Source: Candidatus Altimarinota bacterium (GTDB taxonomy: Bacteria > Patescibacteriota > Gracilibacteria > CAIRYL01 > GCA-016699755). Taken from it: DNA of 64,000 nucleotides. Each line of letters opens with the position of its first letter. The first letter of the stretch is position 1. The position numbers and the translations under genes are program-made. Where the stretch lies: positions 1,088,001 through 1,152,000 of the forward strand of contig OY760935.1 in the NCBI GenBank assembly GCA_963664295.1, in the 5' to 3' direction. The notes beneath the pieces are model-generated. The model had not been told where the DNA came from. It ran no database searches and was given only the letters and a program-made list of their open reading frames with translations. This document shows positions 38,329 to 50,061 of this stretch, piece by piece.

Positions 38329-39420
38329 ATGAAAAAGCCTTTTTTAATGGTTGTAAAAATTATGGCAGTTTTGATCCTAGTAGCTATATTTTTTGCTTCC
38401 AGGTTTTTTGCCAATAATCAAAATGAACTAATTGCCTCTGAATATACCTCGGAAGAAATTAGATTGGGATTAAACTTAATTGAAGGCGAAATAGAGACAA
38501 AAGATTCTATCGATCTTTTGCGTGTTGGTGATCCTCCGCCAGTAGAGAAATCTTTTCTTAATCAAATGCCAGCATTACATGAAGGTGAAAATGTTTATGT
38601 GGCTATGATAGACAATCACAGATACGCTCGTGGTTATCATAAAGGTCTTTCAAAGGCGCGCATTATTATTGAAGCACCAGCTGAAGGAGGCATTCCTCGT
38701 TTAGTTAGTATTTTTTCGGAGAGTGATGACCTTAAAGAAATTGGTCCTATTCGTAGCACTCGAGATTATTTTTTAGACATTTTAAAGCCATTTAATCCTC
38801 TTATTGCCCATGCTGGTGGAAGTCCAATGGCATTAAATGAACTTGCTGTAAATAATAGTTTTTTAGATTTAGATAATGAATGGGGTGACGATAGTTTTTG
38901 GCGCGAAGATGAAATAATGAAGCCACACAATCTTTTTATAAGCACAGAAAATATAAAAAATTATTTTGAAAAAAATTCTTGGGAAAAACCACTAACAGAA
39001 AATGTATTTGAATACACAATTGTTTTTCCTGCAGAAGAACAAGTAGAAAGTTTTGAAGTTTTATTTGGAGCAGGGGTTAATAATGTCACTTGGGAGTGGG
39101 ACAAAAAAGAAAAAGCCTTTCTTAGAAAACAAGACAATGAAGTAGAAGAAATTTATGCAAAAAATATAATTATCATTATTTCAGATCATTGGCTTTTGGG
39201 TGATGACGATAAAGCAAGAATAGGCGTAAAAACAACCGGAGAAGATATTGCTTATATTTTTCGAGATGGACGATATTTAAAATGTAAATGGAGCAGAAAA
39301 GATAACGATTTTTTTCGTTTTACAGATGAAAAAGGTAATTCAATTGGATTAGAGCCAGGAAAAATATTCTTTGAATTGATTGAAAGTGAAAATAATCTTA
39401 AAATAAATAAAGCAGATTAA
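38329..39420 (+). CDS. DUF3048-like membrane-anchored protein
   Basis: MIDNH, EAPAEGGIPR, GPIRSTR, HAGGS, PHN. Confidence 0.8.
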   Translation: MKKPFLMVVKIMAVLILVAIFFASRFFANNQNELIASEYTSEEIRLGLNLIEGEIETKDSIDLLRVGDPPPVEKSFLNQMPALHEGENVYVAMIDNHRYARGYHKGLSKARIIIEAPAEGGIPRLVSIFSESDDLKEIGPIRSTRDYFLDILKPFNPLIAHAGGSPMALNELAVNNSFLDLDNEWGDDSFWREDEIMKPHNLFISTENIKNYFEKNSWEKPLTENVFEYTIVFPAEEQVESFEVLFGAGVNNVTWEWDKKEKAFLRKQDNEVEEIYAKNIIIIISDHWLLGDDDKARIGVKTTGEDIAYIFRDGRYLKCKWSRKDNDFFRFTDEKGNSIGLEPGKIFFELIESENNLKINKAD

Positions 39421-39426
39421 GAAAAT

Positions 39427-40543
39427 ATGATATTAACAGAATTAAAACAGGAAATTAACTCTCTCCGCGATGAAATAAATCGTGCGAGAGACTGCCTTTG
39501 ACACAGAAAAATTAGAAAAAGAAATAATACAATTAAGCTCTAAAACACTTGAAGAAGGTTTTTGGAGTGATGTTAAAAAAGCAAAATCAATAAGTCAAAA
39601 TTTAGCAAATTTAGAAAAAAAATTAAAAACCTGGGATCATCTCAAAAATGACGCAGAAGCAATTTTTGAGCTTATGGATTTATACAATGACGAGTCGCCA
39701 GAATTGCCTGATTTGGAAAAAGAATTTATTGCTTTAAAAAATCAATTTGAAAAAGCAAAAATAGATTTATATCTTTCTGGTGAGTTTGATAATCGCAATG
39801 CAATCATGGAAATAAAAGCAGGCGCAGGTGGCACAGAAGCACAAGATTGGGCAGAAATATTGCTCCGAATGTATTTGCGTTTTGCAGAAAGAATGGATTT
39901 TAGCGCAGAAATTTTAGAAAAAACCGACGGAGTAGATGTAGGTATAAAAAGCGTACTTTTGGAAATTTCCGGTCCTTTTGCTTATGGTATGTTGCAAAGC
40001 GAAAAAGGCACTCACAGACTTGTTCGCCAATCTCCTTTTAATGCAAAAAACCTCCGCCAAACCTCTTTTGCTGGAGTGACAGTCACGCCAACATTAGAAG
40101 ACACCGACGCAACAGATATACAAATAGAAGAAAAAGATATTCGCATGGACACTTTTCGTGCTTCTGGTGCTGGTGGTCAGCATGTTAATAAAACAGACTC
40201 AGCAGTACGTATAACTCATATTCCTACAGGTATTGTGGTTAGTTGTCAAAATAATCGTAGTCAACATCAAAATAGAGAAAAAGCCATGCAAATTTTGCGT
40301 GCAAGATTAGCAGAAAAAATGCGCGAGGAAGAAGAAAAGCGAGCATCCGAGGTGCGCGGTGAGCTTGTGGAAGCGGCCTGGGGAAATCAAGTAAGAAACT
40401 ATGTTCTTCATCCCTATAAAATGGTAAAAGATTTGCGCAGTGAATATGAAACCAGTAATACAGAAGCAGTTTTAGATGGCGACTTAGAAGAATTTTCTCG
40501 TAAATATCTAGAATGGAAAGCAGAAAAAGCAAATAAAAGTTAA
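39427..40543 (+). CDS. prfB: peptide chain release factor 2, programmed +1 frameshift at CTT TGA C (39496-39502)
   Basis: ATG 39427 opens 24 codons to CTT-TGA; the +1 frame continues DTEK... with SPF and GGQ motifs. Confidence 0.96.
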
Positions 40544-40565
40544 TAATTTTCTATTCGGAAATTTC

Positions 40566-40594
40566 TTGACTTCTATTTCTTAGCACTCTATAAT
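40566..40594 (+). promoter_or_regulatory. dnaK promoter
   Basis: TTGACT-17 nt-TATAAT. Confidence 0.8.
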
Positions 40595-40606
40595 ATTGAG
40601 TGCTAA
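40580..40606. promoter_or_regulatory. CIRCE operator (HrcA)
   Basis: perfect TTAGCACTC-N9-GAGTGCTAA. Confidence 0.95.
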
Positions 40607-40650
40607 ATATTTAAAAATAAAATATTTTTTAGAAATTTAATAATAAAAAT

Positions 40651-42582
40651 ATGTCAAAAATAATTGGAATTGATCTAGGTACAACAAATTCTTGTATGGC
40701 TGTTATGGAAGGTGGTGAGCCAACTGTAATTACAAACGCAGAAGGCCAGCGAACAACTCCGTCTGTGGTTTCTGCAAAAGATGGTGAGCGCCTTGTTGGT
40801 TTAACAGCAAAAAGACAATCAATAACCAACCCAAAAGAAACAATATTCTCAGCAAAAAGACTAATAGGTCGTCAATATGACGAAGTAAAATCAGAACTAA
40901 AAACACTCCCATACGAAGTAAAAAAAGGAAAAAACGGAGAATGTGAAATAGTGTTTGAAGGCAAAGAATTAAGACCAGCAGAAATTTCTGCAATGGTGCT
41001 TAGAAAATTAAAAGCAGACGCCGAAGCTTTTCTTGGAGAAGAGGTAAAAGAAGCAGTAATCACAGTGCCAGCTTATTTTAATGATTCCCAAAGACAAGCC
41101 ACAAAAGACGCAGGTAAAATCGCAGGATTAGATGTAAAAAGAATAATCAACGAACCAACAGCAGCCGCACTTGCCTATGGTTTAGATAAAAAAACAGAAA
41201 ATAAAAAAGTAGCTGTTTTTGATCTTGGTGGTGGTACTTTTGATGTTTCTATTCTTGAACTTGGTGATGGAGTTTTTGAAGTAATTTCAACAAACGGAGA
41301 CACTCACCTTGGTGGTGATGATTTTGATCAAGAGATAATCAATTACATTCTTGAAGAATTTAAAAACAAAGAAGGAGTAGATCTCACAAAAGATGAAATG
41401 GCGCTTCAGAGAGTAAAAAAAGCAGCAGAAGATGCAAAAAAAGAACTTTCAACCTCAACAGAAGTAGAAATAAACGAACCATTTATCACAGCAGATCAAA
41501 GCGGACCAAAACATCTAACAATGAAAATGTCTCGCTCAAAACTTGAACAATTAGTAGGAGATTTATTGGAACGCACAATCGAACCATGCAAAAAAGCATT
41601 AAAAGATGCAAAATTGGACACAAAAGACATTGCAGATGTAATTCTTGTTGGCGGTATGACTCGTATGCCAGCAGTACAAGAAACAGTAAAAAAGTTTTTT
41701 GGCAAAGATCCGCACAAAGGCGTAAATCCAGATGAAGTAGTAGCAATGGGTGCCGCAATCCAAGGAGGAGTATTAAGAGGTGATGTCAAAGACGTTGTAC
41801 TTCTTGATGTGACTCCACTTTCTTTAGGTATTGAGACATTGGGAGGTGTAGCCACAAAATTAATTGAAAGAAACACAACAATTCCAAGTTCAAAATCACA
41901 AATTTTTTCAACAGCAGCAGACAATCAGCCAAGTGTAGAAGTTCATGTTGTGCAAGGAGAGCGCGAAATGGCAGTAGACAACAAGTCTCTTGGTAAATTT
42001 ATGCTCGACGGTATTCCACCAGCACCAAGAGGTGTTCCTCAGATAGAAGTGACATTCGATATTGATGCAAATGGTATTCTAAATGTTACAGCAAAAGATA
42101 AAGCAACAGGAAAATCACAAAATATCACAATTAAAGATTCATCAGGATTATCTGAAGAAGAAGTAGAAAAAATGCGCAAAGACGCCGAATCACACGCAGA
42201 AGAAGACAAGAAAAAACGCGAACAAATAGACTCAAAAAACAAATTAGACTCAGAAATTTTCCAAGCAGAAAAATTAATCAAAGATGGCGAAGGAAAAGTA
42301 GAAAAAGCCATGCTTGATGAACTTGCCGAAGCAAAGAAAAAAGCCGAAGAAGTCTTGAAAGACGAAAAAGCAGATGGAGAAAAATATGAAGAAGCCTCAA
42401 AAGAATTAATGGAAGTACTTCAAAAAGTAGGTACAGAAATGTACAAAAAAGCCCAAGAAGAAGCACAAGCCGAAGAAGCAGAAAAAAAAGAAGGCGAAGA
42501 AAGTAAGGAAGATGAAAAAGTAGTAGATGCTGAGGTAGTAGATGAAGAAAAAGAAGATAAAAAAGACGAAGAAGAAAAGTAA
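40651..42582 (+). CDS. dnaK: chaperone DnaK
   Basis: [28 protein letters not shown]. Confidence 0.98.
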   Translation: MSKIIGIDLGTTNSCMAVMEGGEPTVITNAEGQRTTPSVVSAKDGERLVGLTAKRQSITNPKETIFSAKRLIGRQYDEVKSELKTLPYEVKKGKNGECEIVFEGKELRPAEISAMVLRKLKADAEAFLGEEVKEAVITVPAYFNDSQRQATKDAGKIAGLDVKRIINEPTAAALAYGLDKKTENKKVAVFDLGGGTFDVSILELGDGVFEVISTNGDTHLGGDDFDQEIINYILEEFKNKEGVDLTKDEMALQRVKKAAEDAKKELSTSTEVEINEPFITADQSGPKHLTMKMSRSKLEQLVGDLLERTIEPCKKALKDAKLDTKDIADVILVGGMTRMPAVQETVKKFFGKDPHKGVNPDEVVAMGAAIQGGVLRGDVKDVVLLDVTPLSLGIETLGGVATKLIERNTTIPSSKSQIFSTAADNQPSVEVHVVQGEREMAVDNKSLGKFMLDGIPPAPRGVPQIEVTFDIDANGILNVTAKDKATGKSQNITIKDSSGLSEEEVEKMRKDAESHAEEDKKKREQIDSKNKLDSEIFQAEKLIKDGEGKVEKAMLDELAEAKKKAEEVLKDEKADGEKYEEASKELMEVLQKVGTEMYKKAQEEAQAEEAEKKEGEESKEDEKVVDAEVVDEEKEDKKDEEEK

Positions 42583-42605
42583 AGTTTATTCACATTAAGC
42601 ATTTT

Positions 42606-42634
42606 AAAAAGCGATTAAAATCAGGTCGCTTTTT
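42606..42634. terminator. bidirectional terminator
   Basis: AAAAAGCGATT...GGTCGCTTTTT. Confidence 0.6.
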
Positions 42635-43583
42635 ATTTTAATAAGCTTAATAAATCCTCACCCAACTCCGCCTCCAAAACAATTTTCTTCTCAGTCTCCG
42701 GATGAACAAATTCCAATTTTTTCGCATGAAGAAACTGCCTTTTTAAACCAGTTTTTTTGCGCATTGTCTTGTTCCATTCAAAATCACCATGCTGAGAATC
42801 CATCAAAACCGGATGACCCAAATTAGCAAAATGCACCCTTATTTGATGAGTCCTGCCAGTTTGAATCTCCACTTCCAACAAAGAAAAATCAGCAAATTCC
42901 TTAACAAGTTTATATTTAGTGATAGCAGTTTTTGCCTCTCTTTTTGTTGAAACCCGCACTCCACTGTGATCACGCAAAATTTTATCCGTAATAATCCCAG
43001 ATTTTTCTTTTAATTTTCCTTTTACAGCAGTGTAGTAAATTTTTTTCACACCATCACCGCGTAAAAGAGCAGTTACTTTTCGTAAAGCACTATTGTTTTT
43101 ACAAATAATCACCAAGCCAGAGGTATCTTTGTCCAACCTATGTGCCAATCGTGGTTCAGGTGTATCAGAATTATTCGCAAGAACATAAGCACAAGCAAGG
43201 TCAATTAGATTTTGACCAAACTTGGTTCCACTTCCCGGATGCACAGCCAATCCAGCAGGCTTGTTCACAACCAACAAAAAGTCGTCTTCAAAAATAATTT
43301 TAAAATTTTTTTTATAAAAATTAGATCCAAAAATAGCTTTAAAATCAGGTTTTTTAAGATCAGGTTTTTGCTCATTTACAGCTAATTTACCAAGAAAAAC
43401 CTTGATATTATCTCCAATTTTTAAAATTTGTTCTTTTTTTGCAGGTTTATTGTTGATTTTTACTTCTTTTTTACGGAAAAGTTTATAAATCAAAGAAAGT
43501 GGAAAATCTTTAAATTCTTTTTTTAAAAAACGGTCAATTCTTTGCCCTTCGTCGTTTTTTGTGATCTTAAATTCCTTAATCAT
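42633..43583 (-). CDS. RluA/RluC-family pseudouridine synthase with S4 domain
   Basis: GQRIDRFL, NKPAG, HRLDKDTSG, TGRTHQIRVH. Confidence 0.93.
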   Translation of the reverse strand: MIKEFKITKNDEGQRIDRFLKKEFKDFPLSLIYKLFRKKEVKINNKPAKKEQILKIGDNIKVFLGKLAVNEQKPDLKKPDFKAIFGSNFYKKNFKIIFEDDFLLVVNKPAGLAVHPGSGTKFGQNLIDLACAYVLANNSDTPEPRLAHRLDKDTSGLVIICKNNSALRKVTALLRGDGVKKIYYTAVKGKLKEKSGIITDKILRDHSGVRVSTKREAKTAITKYKLVKEFADFSLLEVEIQTGRTHQIRVHFANLGHPVLMDSQHGDFEWNKTMRKKTGLKRQFLHAKKLEFVHPETEKKIVLEAELGEDLLSLLK

Positions 43584-43678
43584 AAATAAAATAATCGAGG
43601 GAATTTTAACTTATTTTTCAAAAAAAAGCTTGCTTTTGGCAGTTTTTTTGGTTAAATTATGCAAGCTGATTATTTTTT

Positions 43679-43755
43679 GGGCGCGTAGCTCAGTTGGCTA
43701 GAGCATCTCGTTTACACCGAGGAGGTCGGGGGTTCGAATCCCTCCGCGCCCACCA
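43679..43755 (+). tRNA. tRNA-Val(TAC)
   Basis: TCTCG-TT-TAC-AC-CGAGG; GGTTCGAATCC; CCA. Confidence 0.96.
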
Positions 43756-44078
43756 TTTAAAAACAATTCATGCGAAGCATGGATTTTTTTTAAATTATGA
43801 CACAGGATTGAACCCCCGACCTCCTATCTAATTAAAAAGTCGGGGGTGTTTTGAAGCGGTTTGTTTTTGCAAAGCAAAACAAAAAGCGGAAAACGAATCC
43901 CTCCGCGCCCACCATTTAAAAACAATTCATGCGAAGCATGGATTTTTTTTAAATTATGACACAGGATTGAACCCCCGACCTCCTATCTAATTAAAAAGTC
44001 GGGGGTGTTTTGAAGCGGTTTGTTTTTGCAAAGCAAAACAAAAAGCGGAAAACGAATCCCTCCGCGCCCACCATTTAA
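43735..44078 (+). repeat. 159-bp tandem repeat (2 full units plus a third copy of the tRNA 3' end)
   Basis: CGAATCCCTCCGCGCCCACCATTTAA starts at 43735, 43894 and 44053; intervening sequences appear identical. Confidence 0.95.
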
Positions 44079-44153
44079 GATTTTATTATTTTATTTGATG
44101 TTTAATTAAAAAATTTTAAAATAAAATAAATTAAAAATATTTAATTACAAATT

Positions 44154-44642
44154 ATGAAAAAATTTACACTATTACTGTTAACAGTATTGTTTTTAACAGC
44201 TTGTATAAACCAAAAAGAGCCGATTTTTAAGGAAATTATCATTGGTGAAGAAATTTTTGGAGATTACCCAGCAGTACTTTTAAATTTGCGCACCGGTGAA
44301 ACAATAAAAATATCAAACAATTTTACAAAAGAAGCTGGTGAAATAGATGCAGACTTGTGGATTGAGCCAGGTGATCCAGAAATTGCTTGCCTAGAAGATG
44401 GCTTTGAGGACAAAGAACACAAAGGAGAAGACACAAAGCTAAAAGTAATTGGAGATAGTTTTGGAAATATTAGCCTCAATTCTGTAAAAAATATTCAATT
44501 AACAGACAATGACATAAGCAGAGATGATATTATAGAAGGTGTAGTTTTTGTTGTACAAGCAAGCGATAAATCATTATATAAAGTGCAAGCTGATTTTTTC
44601 CCTTTTGACGAGGAAATAAAAATAAAATATGAAAAATTGTAA
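44154..44642 (+). CDS. hypothetical lipoprotein
   Basis: lipobox FLTA-C. Confidence 0.7.
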   Translation: MKKFTLLLLTVLFLTACINQKEPIFKEIIIGEEIFGDYPAVLLNLRTGETIKISNNFTKEAGEIDADLWIEPGDPEIACLEDGFEDKEHKGEDTKLKVIGDSFGNISLNSVKNIQLTDNDISRDDIIEGVVFVVQASDKSLYKVQADFFPFDEEIKIKYEKL

Positions 44643-44711
44643 TTTTGAGTAATTCATAAACAAAAATCAAAATAATTATCCTATACAATAAGCAGGATTT
44701 TTGTTTTAATT

Positions 44712-45347
44712 ATGGAGATTTTTTCAATAAAAATGCCAGAAAAAAAGATAAAAGAAAAAGTTTTAAAAAAGATAAAAAAAGATTTAACCTTTGCTATTGG
44801 AGCGATTGTAGTTGGTGCTATTGGTTCACTAATTCTATGGCAAATTGGTTATGTAGCTTTGCTCGCAGTAGTTATTTTTTTTGTTGGCTTGTATGAACTT
44901 TTTAAGTGCATGGCCAAACTTACAAATTGGCGTTCAGATAAAACCTACTTAAATTGGGAAGCATATGGCAAATCAGATCTTGTTTTAGAAGAAATAGAAA
45001 AGATTATAGAAAAATTAGAAAAACAATTTGATTTCAAGATTTTTTGTATTTCTGATGGTTGGCTAATTAACCCTGTAGAATGGTTATTTGTAAAACTTGA
45101 GGATATTAATTGGGTTTATTTAAATAAAGAAGATCCAAAGCAAAAAGATGAGGCTGCAGAAATTTTTGTAAATACTAATTTTGGCATACAAATCCCCATT
45201 CTTTGCGCTGCTATAAATGTTCCCCAAATAGATAATCCAGCGAAAGCCACCGTGCTTGCATTAGCCACAATAAAACAAGAAGCAAAGAAGGCTGTTTTTG
45301 GTTTTTCTGATAAAACAAAAGATAAATGGGAGACGGGCAATTTGTAA
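44712..45347 (+). CDS. hypothetical 2-TM membrane protein
   Basis: two N-terminal TMs, soluble C-terminal domain. Confidence 0.65.
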   Translation: MEIFSIKMPEKKIKEKVLKKIKKDLTFAIGAIVVGAIGSLILWQIGYVALLAVVIFFVGLYELFKCMAKLTNWRSDKTYLNWEAYGKSDLVLEEIEKIIEKLEKQFDFKIFCISDGWLINPVEWLFVKLEDINWVYLNKEDPKQKDEAAEIFVNTNFGIQIPILCAAINVPQIDNPAKATVLALATIKQEAKKAVFGFSDKTKDKWETGNL

Positions 45348-45400
45348 TCCCCATTGCCTAAAAACCCACACATATATTATATTATCCAGGCATAAAAAGT

Positions 45401-45475
45401 GCCATCGTAGCTCAGGGGTAGAGCATTCCCATGGTAAGGGAAAGGTCATGGGTTCAAATCCCATCGATGGCTCCA
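45401..45475 (+). tRNA. tRNA-Thr(GGT)
   Basis: TTCCC-AT-GGT-AA-GGGAA; GGTTCAAATCC; CCA. Confidence 0.95.
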
Positions 45476-45483
45476 TTTTCATT

Positions 45484-45563
45484 GGGGGCTCACGTCGCCC
45501 CCCTCAGTGGCAAAGCCACTGAGCCTCCCCCCTCTCGCTCGCGCAAGCGCTCGCTATTTTTTT
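45484..45563. repeat. GC-rich multi-hairpin element
   Basis: GGGGGC..GCCCCC, CTCAGTGGC-AAA-GCCACTGAG, GCGC-AA-GCGC, then a T run. Confidence 0.6.
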
Positions 45564-45711
45564 ATGCCCAAAAAACAAATACAGCTTGAGCGCAAGTTTT
45601 GTTCGTTTTGTGCTAATTTATCGGGGATTTGCGTCATTTTTTTCACCGGCAAAGCATATTCTCTCTTCGTCCAGCTAAAATTTCACTTTTCATTTAAAGC
45701 AATTCAAAAAA

Positions 45712-46098
45712 TTATATATTTTCCCCAGCCTCTTCAATACTAGGATATATTTTATAAAAATTACTAAGTCCAACAACATTCACAATATCCACAATATTTT
45801 CAGAAGCCCTAGCAATTACAATTTTGCCACCTTTTTTTTCAATTTTTTTATAAAAGTCTATAAAATAGCCAATACTGCGTGAGTTCATAAAAGAAACATG
45901 CTTAAAATCAACAATAAACCCAGTGCCTTCTTCATTGCTATCAATAAGCTTGTAAAATTCTTCAGCAATTTTTTCAGAACTGGTTTCATCAAGCTGACCA
46001 GTAAGCTCAATCAAAATAATCACTTTATCTTGTGAATTTTTTAGCCTTTGTGATTTTATGTTTGCGTTCAAAAAGCCATTTGTTAAATCGTTCTTCAT
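45712..46098 (-). CDS. STAS-domain anti-sigma factor antagonist
   Basis: L.GQLD, VDFKHVSFMNS.SIG, GL..FYKIY.S.EEA. Confidence 0.85.
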   Translation of the reverse strand: MKNDLTNGFLNANIKSQRLKNSQDKVIILIELTGQLDETSSEKIAEEFYKLIDSNEEGTGFIVDFKHVSFMNSRSIGYFIDFYKKIEKKGGKIVIARASENIVDIVNVVGLSNFYKIYPSIEEAGENI

Positions 46099-46146
46099 TA
46101 TAAACAGATTATTTTTTTCTTTTAATACTTTTTTCTAAAAAAAATG

Positions 46147-46174
46147 TTGACAAATCTATTTTAATTCTTAAAAT
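46147..46174 (+). promoter_or_regulatory. rRNA promoter
   Basis: TTGACA-16 nt-TAAAAT with A/T-rich upstream tract. Confidence 0.7.
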
Positions 46175-46258
46175 GGTTATGCTCTGACTAATTAAAAACT
46201 ATGAGCTTATTTTTTCCACCCGGCAGTTGAAAATGTAAATTATCTATTTTCTGCTGAC

Positions 46259-46297
46259 GGGTGGGCGAAAGTCCCACTCTTTTTTTGCTCCTTAACA
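46259..46297 (+). promoter_or_regulatory. rrn boxB-like hairpin plus boxA
   Basis: GAAA-loop hairpin followed by TGCTCCTTAACA (E. coli boxA is TGCTCTTTAACA). Confidence 0.7.
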
Positions 46298-46446
46298 TCA
46301 CCGGAATCGATATCAAATAACCAAATAACTATTATTTATTTATCTCTTCCTTGAATAAATAAATAAAAATTTTAAGTAAAATTGATTAATTATAATTATC
46401 GATTAATCAATTTAAGTAATTAAGGCAATTTTAAAAATTTTAAATA

Positions 46447-46483
46447 AATTCTTGAAGACTGCCTGTCAAGCAAGGTTTTCGGA
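46447..46483 (+). other. 5' arm of the 23S processing stem (partner about 49538-49573)
   Basis: AATTCTTGAAGACTGCCTGTCAAGCAAGGTTTTCGGA is complementary to TCCGAAATCTTGTTTGACGGGCAATCTTTGAGAATT. Confidence 0.75.
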
Positions 46484-46525
46484 ATTTTAACAGACTTTAG
46501 TCTGTTTATATATTCTGTTTAATTG

Positions 46526-49521
<2,996 letters not shown>

Positions 49522-49609
49522 TTGAGTTAAACAGATCTCCGAAATCTTGTTTGACGGGCAATCTTTGAGAATTTTAAAATTAATTGATATCAAATATTTG
49601 AGTATATAA

Positions 49610-49725
49610 TCCTGGTGCTTACTGCGGAGGGGGTACACCTGTCTCCATTTCGAACACAGCAGTTAAGCCCTCCAGCGCCGATGGTACTTGGGAGTAAGCC
49701 CTGGAAGAGTAGGTCAGCGCCAGGA
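49610..49725 (+). rRNA. rrf: 5S rRNA
   Basis: TCCTGG...CCAGGA stem; CCATTTCGAACAC; GCCGATGGTACT; GAGTAGG. Confidence 0.95.
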
Positions 49726-49747
49726 CTATATACTCAAAAAAATAACG

Positions 49748-49773
49748 AAAACACCTAAAAAAGGTGTTTTTTT
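49748..49773 (+). terminator. rRNA unit terminator
   Basis: AAAACACCT-AAAAA-AGGTGTTTTTTT. Confidence 0.75.
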
Positions 49774-49837
49774 ATATCCTAAAAGCCCTTGACAAATTTA
49801 AATTAAATAATATAATAAAAAACTTTCTCAAAAAGCC

Positions 49838-50059
49838 ATGACTAAAAATTTAAAAAATTCATTAAATATTAATGATTTTGTGCAATCATTAATTAATTTT
49901 TATGAAATGGCTAATGAAAAAAATGATAATGAGAAAAAAACACTTACAGTTCCTTCGCATTTAGTACCAAAAGGCATCAGAACAAAAGTCGCTGAAAAAT
50001 TTAAAGCCAAAAAAGGAATTAAATTAGTTTATCAAAAAATGGACAAGCTAAATTATTAA
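49838..50059 (+). CDS. small basic hypothetical protein
   Basis: 73 codons, preceded by TTGACA-16 nt-TATAAT (49789-49816). Confidence 0.55.
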   Translation: MTKNLKNSLNINDFVQSLINFYEMANEKNDNEKKTLTVPSHLVPKGIRTKVAEKFKAKKGIKLVYQKMDKLNY

Positions 50060-50061
50060 AT

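Noticed and set aside
39482-39501. GTG 39482 as prfB start, or prfB as a pseudogene
   Set aside because: The upstream ATG frame ending in the canonical CTT TGA C explains it as a programmed frameshift
43735-44078. CRISPR array
   Set aside because: The intervening sequences are identical rather than unique spacers, the repeat is the tRNA 3' end, and no cas genes are present
46180-46290. Hammerhead ribozyme or a known riboswitch (ZTP, fluoride, c-di-GMP)
   Set aside because: Lacks the CUGANGA core and the consensus elements I recall; a boxB/boxA leader explains it better
46379-46413. A/T palindrome AATTGATTAAT...ATTAATCAATT as a protein-binding operator
   Set aside because: Low complexity and inside the rRNA leader; more simply a leader hairpin
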